Assembly: GCA_965217865.1 (NCBI GenBank)
Contig: CBDCJO010000002.1
Location: 1,632,001-1,696,000, forward strand
DNA length: 64,000 nucleotides
Source of the DNA: Candidatus Latescibacterota bacterium
Lineage (GTDB): Bacteria > Latescibacterota > UBA2968 > SICM01
Direction of reading: 5' to 3'
The stretch's first letter is position 1; every line of letters begins with the position of its first letter. Below the pieces are notes generated by a model. The model worked only from the letters and a program-made list of their open reading frames with translations, ran no database searches and was not told the DNA's origin. Both the position numbers and the translations under genes were made by a program. Shown piece by piece: positions 21,266-28,715 of this stretch.

Positions 21266-21315
21266 CGATATCGATTATCACCTCGCGAAAGGGATCGGTT
21301 CCTGTTATTTTCGGT

Positions 21316-21420
21316 TTAATCCATGGGGACCCGATCTCGAGCGCTCCCCTTTGCCTTATAGAGTTCCTCGTCGGCAAAACGAAGAAGCTCCTCAGGCGAA
21401 GTAACACCCTCTTCCTCTAG
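21316..21420 (-). pseudogene. C-terminal remnant of a GGDEF (diguanylate cyclase) domain
   Basis: Translates LEEEGVTSPEELLRFADEELYKAKGSARDRVPMD*, matching the GGDEF C-terminal consensus LL..AD.ALY.AK..GRNRV. Cut at the IS end. Confidence 0.7.
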
Positions 21421-22584
21421 TGTTATAACCCAGGAATAACTTGACAAAGTAATGGATTCGTCTTATGGTTCCTTATGCCCTTATCCAAGGAGGAACCGAT
21501 GAAAATGGGACGTCCATTGCAGCCATTGAACCTTAGTGATGAAGTCCGAAGTGAATTGAAGGCGATATCTGGTTCGCGGATCTTACCGCATTCTTTGGTG
21601 CGCCGTGCGAAGATCATACTGATGAGTGATATCGGACTCACGAATCTACAGATAGGCCAGAAGCTGGGACTGTCCTATGCCACGATTGGGAAATGGCGTA
21701 ATCGTTATTGTGCTCAAGGGCTGATGGGGCTTTACGACGAGATGCGTCCTGGAGGTCCACGTTCAATCTCCGACCAGAAGATTGCCAGGCTCATTGGCAA
21801 AACCTTGAAGACAAAGCCAAGGCATGCAACTCACTGGACCTGTCGGTCCATCGGAGCTGAGACTGGGCTCTCCAAGTCCACCGTTCAGCGAGTCTGGAAA
21901 GCCTTCGGACTTCAACCTCATCGACAGAAACACTTCAGACTCTCAAACGATCCCTTCTTTGTAGAGAAGGTCAGGGACGTTGTCGGGCTCTACCTCAACC
22001 CGCCAGACAATGCTATGGTGCTCTGTGTGGACGAGAAAAGCCAGGTCCAAGCATTAGATCGAACGCAACCGATTCTGCCACTGGGTTTGGGTTACGTCGA
22101 AGGCGTAACTCACAACTACATCAGACACGGGACAACGACGCTGTTTGCTGCTCTAGAGATCGCCTCGGGAAAAGTGTTAACACAATGTAAACCGAGACAC
22201 CGTCATCAGGAATTCCTTCAATTCCTAAAGCACATCGAGGCAAACGTCCCGGAGGATCTCGATATTCACCTGGTCTTGGACAACTATGGCACGCACAAGC
22301 ACCCTAAAACCAAACAATGGCTTGCAGCCCGGCCAAGATATCAGGTCCACTATACACCCACTTACGCGTCCTGGCTAAACCAAGTCGAGATCTGGTTCAA
22401 CATCATTACACAAAAGGCAATCCGCCGGGGTTCCTTTCGTAGCGTGAAAGATCTGGTCAATAACATCAAGAAATTCGCCGATCACTACAACTCAAATTCA
22501 AAACCCTTTGTGTGGACTGCCACCGCAGAATCCATCCTCGAAAAGATTAAGCGACTATTTGAACTTATTGGCGGGACACGACAC
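21420..22584 (+). mobile_element. IS630-family insertion sequence
   Basis: Imperfect terminal IRs (GTGTTATAACCCAGGAATAACTT / GTGTCGTGTCCCGCCAATAAGTT), CTAG/TA at both ends, intact transposase. Confidence 0.92.
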
Positions 22585-22587
22585 TAG
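21475..22587 (+). CDS. IS630 transposase
   Basis: HTH, then VDEKSQ, YIRHGT, LDNYGTH, WLNQVEIWF (DDE). Stop codon lies in the right end. Confidence 0.96.
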   Translation: MPLSKEEPMKMGRPLQPLNLSDEVRSELKAISGSRILPHSLVRRAKIILMSDIGLTNLQIGQKLGLSYATIGKWRNRYCAQGLMGLYDEMRPGGPRSISDQKIARLIGKTLKTKPRHATHWTCRSIGAETGLSKSTVQRVWKAFGLQPHRQKHFRLSNDPFFVEKVRDVVGLYLNPPDNAMVLCVDEKSQVQALDRTQPILPLGLGYVEGVTHNYIRHGTTTLFAALEIASGKVLTQCKPRHRHQEFLQFLKHIEANVPEDLDIHLVLDNYGTHKHPKTKQWLAARPRYQVHYTPTYASWLNQVEIWFNIITQKAIRRGSFRSVKDLVNNIKKFADHYNSNSKPFVWTATAESILEKIKRLFELIGGTRH

Positions 22588-22957
22588 CGTAGGCAGTCCA
22601 TGCAGCAGTCTCAGTTACACCGGTTAAATAGCCTCGGATGACCATCTCAACTGGAAATACCGTTAGTTTTTTTCCTACGACTACATTTGGATCTGGAACA
22701 TCAATTATGTGATTTTGGATAATATCTTTTGTGTGTTCAAACCAGAATGCAGATGTTTGAGTTATAACCTGTCCTTTAAATGGAATGTGAGCAAGGCTTC
22801 TATCAAAGGCAGACAGTCTGTCGGTTGATATGAGGAATACTTTACCTTTGTCCTCATAAACATCTCTAACCTTGCCTTTGTATTTCGTTCCTAGTTTTAG
22901 GTTCGTTCCTGTTAGGGTCTGTCCGATTTGTTTTTTGATTATTTCTTCCGCTATCAA
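22585..22957 (-). pseudogene. purC: SAICAR synthetase 5' fragment, truncated by IS630
   Basis: GKVRDVY, STDRLSAFD, IPFKGQV, PVEMVIRGYLTG. TTG start after GGAGG; AT-rich. Confidence 0.88.
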
Positions 22958-23085
22958 TTTTCTTCCTCCAAAAAATTAGTGGTTTATTCAACTTTATAAC
23001 TAGTGATTATACTGCAAAAATGCGATATATCTCCGTCTATTCTGGAAATATACCGAAACAATGTCCAACAGCCTCTTTCCATGTT

Positions 23086-23214
23086 GCCTAACGTTCCGTG
23101 CCCACGAAACCGCCCCCTCCTTCAGGGCGGTTTGGGTCGAGCACTGGCAGTCGGTTTGCGCTGTTGTTCTTTGCAGACCGGATGCCAGGCGCAGCCGTGG
23201 GCACTTTGTTATAT
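23086..23214 (-). other. attC-like recombination site 1 (129 bp, branched palindrome)
   Basis: Minus strand ATATAAC...GTTAGGC. Stems GTGCCCACG/CGTGGGCAC and AAACCGCCC/GGGCGGTTT. Confidence 0.75.
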
Positions 23215-23296
23215 GACGTGCCGCCTGGGTGGTTGTGTGGGCTTGCAGGATGCCAAGCCTCGCGAAACAGACTTTCTTCAAAGAACCTTATGAAAG

Positions 23297-24007
23297 CTAG
23301 CATGCCCTAGCTATCCAGGCTGGAAGAGAGCCCACCAATCGAGTTAAGATGATTCTGGCATTCTCCTCAAAAATCCGAATATTCCCCTCATAAGCTTCCC
23401 CTCCACTGCCACCAACAAGATCTGAAACACCTCGCAAAATTAGACATTTTGTATTGTTGTGAGCTGCTACCCAGGCAATTGCTCCTGACTCCCAATCTCC
23501 CGCAACTGCACCAAACTTTGCCGTCAATTCGGGAATATCTTCCACCATAAGATCACGATCCCCAGAAACCAGAAACGTGCGATTCACTTCTTGAGGATAG
23601 GGTGGCACCAGCCAGGAGAGATCTACTTCAGTTGTGTAATATTCAACCGCGTCCTCGGCGTCCAGCATCTGCTCGATGATGTCATAGACGATTGTCCGTT
23701 CAACCAAGATGATGGTCCCTTTCTCAATCTTCCCTTCAAAACCACCGCAAGTACCAAGATTGACCAAAAGCAAAGGGGACCAACGATCAATAACATATTG
23801 GGTTGATGCTGCTGCTGAGATTTTTCCCCATCCACCTTGAAAGAAGAGAACGGACATAATATCTCCACTGACATCTAAATCAACTGAGAACCACTGCCCA
23901 TAAGGAGAAACAACCTTTTCTGCGTCTGGATATATTTCAGTGATCGCATTCCATTCGACAGTGGCAGAAATGATCACAATGACCTTGGATTCAGATGACT
24001 CATGCAT
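23297..24007 (-). CDS. MTA/SAH nucleosidase-like (nucleoside phosphorylase family), cassette gene
   Basis: GGWGKISAA, NLGTCGG, SGD, DWESGAIA, LRGVSD. Confidence 0.85.
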   Translation of the reverse strand: MHESSESKVIVIISATVEWNAITEIYPDAEKVVSPYGQWFSVDLDVSGDIMSVLFFQGGWGKISAAASTQYVIDRWSPLLLVNLGTCGGFEGKIEKGTIILVERTIVYDIIEQMLDAEDAVEYYTTEVDLSWLVPPYPQEVNRTFLVSGDRDLMVEDIPELTAKFGAVAGDWESGAIAWVAAHNNTKCLILRGVSDLVGGSGGEAYEGNIRIFEENARIILTRLVGSLPAWIARAC

Positions 24008-24054
24008 GTTCAGGTCAAATCCACTCTCAGTATATGTTTCTTTTGCGGCATGTC

Positions 24055-24184
24055 ATATAACGTCCTGCAAGGCTCCCGAAATGGCCACGTCTGCAAAAGG
24101 ATTAATTGTTTCTCAATAAGCAAGAGTGGTAAACTCGTGGCCATTTGGGTCGAGTGTAAGCGAGCCGGGAGCGTGCTGTTATGC
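24055..24184 (-). other. attC-like recombination site 2 (130 bp, branched palindrome)
   Basis: Minus strand GCATAAC...GTTATAT. Stems GCTCCCG/CGGGAGC and AAATGGCCACG/CGTGGCCATTT. Shares TTTGGGTCGAG with site 1. Confidence 0.75.
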
Positions 24185-24343
24185 GAAGCTGGCGCGGCCC
24201 CCTTCACGCGAAGCCTTCAAGGGGGCCAACATACAGCGCACAACATAGGCAATGGTTTTTCTTTTCTTGTTTTGTTACACCCGGCGTCAACTGCAACGGC
24301 TTGATAGGAGAGCGATGGTTTGAATGGAACACGGATCATTCCA

Positions 24344-24898
24344 TTACGCATCAGAAGGTCCCGGTTCCCATCCAGTATTTGCAGCCCACTGATCAGCTCT
24401 CGCGATGATCTCCCAGAAAATGTCGCTCTTGGAATCGGTGTATTTCTCACGCTCGTCTCGATATCGTTGTGCCAGCTCTTTTTTCTCGGACTCGTATTTC
24501 TCACAATCTTGCTTGTGCACCCGCATGTAATCGCGAAATAAGAGTGGAAACTGCTGGTGCCAGCTGCCGAGTTTTCTGACATGGACGTGCGTTCTTTTCA
24601 TCCTCTGGGTCTCACGAAAATAACGCTTTGTCTTCTCGTATTTCTTTCCCTTTCGCCAGTAATATCCCAGTTTCTCGAGAGGAGTTAGAAATAGCTCAAC
24701 TGGCTCAAGACTCTCGACCGAAATCTGGATATCGATAATCGGTTTTGCAGCAAGGCCGGGTATAGAGGTTGACCCGATGTGATCAATCCTCAGTGCAATC
24801 TCACCCAGAGCGCTTCGCATCTTCTTTCCGATCTCCTCAAATTCCTGTGGCCATTGTGGAGTATAAGGATGGATTTCTATGGGCTCAGGGCATATCAT
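24344..24898 (-). CDS. GrpB/UPF0157 family nucleotidyltransferase-fold protein, cassette gene
   Basis: HIGSTSIPGLAAKPIIDI, HVHV, LLFRDY, Y...K. Confidence 0.9.
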   Translation of the reverse strand: MICPEPIEIHPYTPQWPQEFEEIGKKMRSALGEIALRIDHIGSTSIPGLAAKPIIDIQISVESLEPVELFLTPLEKLGYYWRKGKKYEKTKRYFRETQRMKRTHVHVRKLGSWHQQFPLLFRDYMRVHKQDCEKYESEKKELAQRYRDEREKYTDSKSDIFWEIIARADQWAANTGWEPGPSDA

Positions 24899-25012
24899 CT
24901 TGTTGTCTCTTAACTATTGCCTATGCGGAAGAGGCTCAGAATATATCAGTTCGCCGTAGAATAATTCAAGATGGGGTCGTTGGTTGTTGGGTTTTGCCTT
25001 TGCGCCAGTTTT

Positions 25013-25066
25013 GCATAACTTACGGTATTCCCGAACTTCTACGTAGATTCCTTAATTTCGGGATAT
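25013..25066 (-). other. attI-like site downstream of the integrase
   Basis: First cassette starts at GTTATGC (25019 on minus). Preceded by inverted repeat TCCCGAA/TTCGGGA and not by a full attC. Confidence 0.55.
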
Positions 25067-25171
25067 TCCCCGCCCTTCGCAGATACCTCCCCACGAAGAA
25101 GATACCGGTATATGTTCGTGAATGCCTTGCTATAGGAGAAATCGTTTTTAGGATGAACTCACCTTTGACGG

Positions 25172-26279
25172 TTACATTAAACTATCCAGAGGACTCTGAA
25201 TCTTACCGATATCTCGGGTTGTGACCCTGGTGTAGATTTCGGTGGTCTTAGAACTCTTATGTCCTAATAATTCTTGAATATAACGCAAATCCGTTCCCCG
25301 TTCAAGCAAATGAGTAGCGAAGGAATGCCGCAAGGTATGCACCGACACAGTCTTCTCTATTCCTGCCTTCACATATGCCCGTTGGAATATCTTTTGGACC
25401 GAACGCTCGTGGAGGTGCCGCCCTGGACGGAAACCCAGGGAAAAGCCAAAGCCTGGGTTGGTATTTCTTGACATATACTCGTAACGCCTCCAGCGCAACT
25501 CTGGAAAGCATGGTATAACGGCCCTTCCTTCTTTTGCCCTGCCGAATATGGATTAGATTTCGATTGGGATCTATGTCCTCTGACCTTAATCGGACCACCT
25601 CACCCAGACGAAGTCCACCGGAGTATGTCAACAACAAAATCGCCCGGTGTTTAGGGTTCCCGACTGCATCCAGGATTCGAATGACTTCTTCGCGACTCAT
25701 GATATTGGGCAATTTTCGTTCCTTTTTGGGACGAGGAAGATTTTCAACGGGAAATGGATACTTCAAGACTTTATTGTAGAGGAATTTCAATGCGCTCACG
25801 CATTGGTTAACATAGCTGTGTGAAGCACCTTTTTCGAGCAAATCATAAACATATTGTCGAACTTCATCCTCCCCCAGGGACTCGGTATCAATTTCATAAC
25901 ACCGAAAATACCTTTCTGCATGTCCAAGGTAAGATTTTCTCGTCTTTGCTCGGTAGCCTCGAAGCCTCAATTCCTGCGCCATTTTAATTAAATGGCCCAC
26001 TGGCTTCGCTGCTGGGATCCGCGAGAAATCCCCTGGATTGCGGAGCGATCTTTCAACCTGAATCCTCTCGCCCTCGAAAAGAATCAATAAGCTTTCCACA
26101 ATCCCCTCCGTGTGGGGCACAGTCCAACATTTTATGTCTGGATCCCAGCGCCGACCCGGGATGCTCTTAATCTTCAGCACACGGTCCGGGGTATAGGGTA
26201 GGTGAACCTTGAGATATCCATTACCTTGCGAACTGATGTAAATGGGTTCTTGGGATAGCCTGACCTGTTGCTTTTCCAT
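25172..26279 (-). pseudogene. Tyrosine recombinase/integrase (SAM-like N-domain plus catalytic domain), +1 frameshift near 25430-25433
   Basis: GLRLGE, HTLRHSFATHLLE, IQELLGH, TTEIYT split across ORFs 25302-26351 and 25172-25498. ATG at 26279 after AAGGAGG. Confidence 0.9.
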
Positions 26280-26547
26280 TGGACCTCCTTCGCGATGGGT
26301 TTTTGTTGATGAAGGCTTAACAAATCGCGTGCCTGGAGGCCATGGCTGCATTTGGTGCGACTACTCCGTTTATATACAGGTATTAACCGATCTGGGAATT
26401 TGGGAGGAATTCTCCGGTGGTGAACTCGATTTTCATTCAGGGGGTTGTTGGCGGGAATGATTCTTTCAGGGCTTCTTTCGAATCCGCTCCAGACGGTTTT
26501 TCAGCATATACAATACGTCATAATTAATTGCGCACACCGGAAGGGCC

Positions 26548-26828
26548 GTGAAACGTCAGACGGGAAAAGCAGTGGCAGTGGCAGGAAAAGGCAAAGGCAG
26601 AGGTCGGAGGTCAGAGGTCAGGGGAAAAGCAGTAGCAAGAAAGGCAAAGGCATCCCGAGCGTCAGGGGTCAGAGGTCAGAGGCCAGGGAAAAGAAAAACC
26701 GTGAAACGTGATACGGCAAAAAAGGCAGTAGCAGTAGCAGGAAAAGCGAAGGCAGAAGCAAGCAAGACCCTTTCGCCCCTCCCCACCGGAATACAGAATA
26801 CAGAAGAAGACATAAATTCAACTCAGCC
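26548..26828. repeat. Mosaic of short intergenic repeats (GAGGTCA/GGGGTCA, GCAGTR, GTGARAC, CAGAATA)
   Basis: The same motifs recur at about 16900, 40820-41080, 42830-43040, 44310-44400, 45690-45770, 48150-48250, 53960-54090 and 56160-56220. Confidence 0.85.
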
Positions 26829-26899
26829 TGCGAGCCCGTTGACGCGAAACTCTCCGGAAAATATGCGCAATTACTTATGTCGTTAATGAATATTAAAAA

Positions 26900-27029
26900 C
26901 CAGGGCAGCTGACACAAACTTAGGTAGGCGCTCCCTTATGGGATTAAATGGCTATAAGCCTTTGTCCTGACACCCCAGGCTTTCCCAACCTAATACCTGG
27001 TATTTGGACTCGGTGTTCAACTGCCCTGG
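26900..27029. mobile_element. Putative MITE (130 bp)
   Basis: Terminal inverted repeats CCAGGGCAGCTGACAC / GTGTTCAACTGCCCTGG. Confidence 0.5.
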
Positions 27030-27066
27030 CATTTACATTGGAGAGGACTTTGCATCCACCAATTTA

Positions 27067-27195
27067 TTACGGTTTCTTTATATGGCGAATGTTTTTCCTG
27101 CTGGTCGCCTTAAACCCTCTCTTATCAAACTGCTTTTGCTTCCTCTTTCCAACATCACTTGACGTGTGCCGCTTCTCCCTCTTTATGGCTGCCAT
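27067..27195 (-). CDS. Putative 42-aa highly basic small protein
   Basis: ATG preceded by GGAG. MAAIKREKRHTSSDVGKRKQKQFDKRGFKATSRKNIRHIKKP*. Confidence 0.45.
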   Translation of the reverse strand: MAAIKREKRHTSSDVGKRKQKQFDKRGFKATSRKNIRHIKKP

Positions 27196-27349
27196 AACGG
27201 ACTCCATTAGAAAATGGGTGGAAATTGAGTGTGGGCAGAACTTAATTCGATGACGCGAAGTATTCTCTTAGTTATCAGATTCAATGATCCTCTACTAAAG
27301 ATAAGGGTTTAGAGGAAAGGATAAAATAAAAATCCACGGCCATAAAGGC

Positions 27350-27655
27350 CGTGGATCGTGATTCGGGGATCTGGAAACCAGTGGATCAGAGAATCCGGGG
27401 TTCGTGGATCGTGATTCGGGGATCGGGAAGGCCGTGGTTCGTGGATCGTGATTCGGGAAACCAGGGGATCGGAGAATCCGGGGTTCGTGGATCGTGATTC
27501 GGGGTTCGAAAAGGCGACGGACAAGCTTTTTCATACAAGTGGAAAAATTGAATCGTAATACTGATACAGATAAGCGATAACGAGCAGGTGCGAATCACGA
27601 GAAGATTCGGGGATCGGGAAGGCCGTGGTTCATGGATCGTGATTCGTGATTCGGG
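27350..27655. repeat. Direct-repeat cluster CGTGGATCGTGATTCGGG (4 exact copies plus variants)
   Basis: Copies at 27350, 27403, 27440 and 27486. Related motifs at about 37180-37260, 43000-43035 and 56560-56590. Confidence 0.9.
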
Positions 27656-27686
27656 ATACCAGGGAGTCGTGTTCGGCCTTGAATCT

Positions 27687-28715
27687 TCAATACCTCTTTG
27701 CGTATCCCTTTTTCAGAAGCTCCCCGTTTAAAAACCGCCCGTTTCTCAGCGCATCTTCCGCCGCCCCTTTTCCCGGCAGGTAAAACAGGTCCGCCAGATA
27801 CCGGTCGTACTTGTCCGGCTTCGTCGTAGTGACTGCCACAGATGTATTTGCTGATAGCGCTGACGCCACGAATGCCCTGGCCTGCTGACCCTCCCTGGTC
27901 CGAAGTTCGGGCGTGTCGATCCCTCTAAGCCGCACTTTCTGTCGAGTCCAAACCTGGAATCCGCAGTCCACGTCCAGCCATATGGTGTCGCCGTCGATCA
28001 CGCGCTCCACGTACGCCAGGTAGGAGTAAAAGGCTGCCCGCGTATCGCTGACCTCCAGAAGCCTGAAAACCGGTTCGCCGTCACCCGGACCCCGAACCGC
28101 CTCCACGAGCGTGCCTTCTTGGGGATTATCGAGCCGATCCAGCGGCCTTTTTAGAAGGATTCCGAACCCCAGATCCAGGCGGAGGCCCCTTCCCCCCGGA
28201 GTTTCTATCAGTCGGTAGGTCCAGGGCTGTCCCCGCTTGGCCCGGAGTCGTGCCACCGGACTCTGTTGCGGTTGCTTAAGGCTCTTTGGGGGGAGAGAAC
28301 AAGCGTGGATCTGGGCGGCCAGTTCCCGGGTGCTCCAACCGTATCTATCTGCTTTCTGAGCAAGGAGATACCGTTCGTCATCAGACGGCAGTTTTATCAG
28401 TCTTCGGTAGTGCGTCCAGGTCAATTTTGAACGCGCGTGCAGAATTGGAAACGACCGGTGAAACCGAAGAGATTCATACAAAATCCTCTCGCTGATCCCC
28501 ACGTCCTTCGCCATCCTGGCAATCACCTGATCTCCGTAACCAGCCTTGGCCTTGATGGCAAGCAAATGCGCCTGGATCAATCCCCCAACCTCCCAGTAGG
28601 TCCTGACCTTTTCCCGTTCCACTGCCTGACGAGCCCGTTCCTTCCCCGCACTTAGAACCTTTGCGACTTCGCCGCGTAAGGCACTGTAGGTATTTACGAT
28701 AGGGAAATTAGGCAT
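27687..28715 (-). CDS. DUF1016 N-terminal (YhcG-like) domain fused to a thermonuclease (SNase) domain
   Basis: YWEVG, YGDQVI, LTWTHY, WSTREL in the N-terminus; VIDGDT, VRLRGIDTPE, DKYDRYLA, LLKKGYA in the C-terminus. Confidence 0.85.
   Translation of the reverse strand: MPNFPIVNTYSALRGEVAKVLSAGKERARQAVEREKVRTYWEVGGLIQAHLLAIKAKAGYGDQVIARMAKDVGISERILYESLRFHRSFPILHARSKLTWTHYRRLIKLPSDDERYLLAQKADRYGWSTRELAAQIHACSLPPKSLKQPQQSPVARLRAKRGQPWTYRLIETPGGRGLRLDLGFGILLKRPLDRLDNPQEGTLVEAVRGPGDGEPVFRLLEVSDTRAAFYSYLAYVERVIDGDTIWLDVDCGFQVWTRQKVRLRGIDTPELRTREGQQARAFVASALSANTSVAVTTTKPDKYDRYLADLFYLPGKGAAEDALRNGRFLNGELLKKGYAKRY

Noticed and set aside
21291-21340. Imperfect hairpin considered as an ncRNA or tRNA
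   Set aside because: No cloverleaf or T-loop motif; it overlaps the end of the GGDEF remnant and is better explained as a terminator between convergent genes.
23000-23310. Short ORFs over the attC-like site, also at 24002-24408
   Set aside because: They overlap structured palindromes in multiple frames and have no recognisable motifs.
25172-26279. Calling the recombinase XerC/XerD or canonical IntI
   Set aside because: It lacks the IntI insertion, has an extra N-terminal domain and a SAM_4-like region, and sits in an accessory cassette context unlike chromosomal xer genes.
26360-26385. Possible LexA box upstream of the integrase (CTCCGTTTATATACAG)
   Set aside because: Only the right half matches CTGT-N8-ACAG; insufficient support.
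27350-27510. Four copies of an 18-mer resembling a CRISPR array
   Set aside because: Spacing is irregular (53/37/46), the spacers repeat one another, the repeat is made of the genome's heptamer words, and there are no cas genes.
26445-27598. ORFs of 70-112 aa with SEVRGQ/ESRSTN/PRITIHE repeats
   Set aside because: These are translations of stop-poor intergenic heptamer repeats in several frames, with no RBS or domain evidence.
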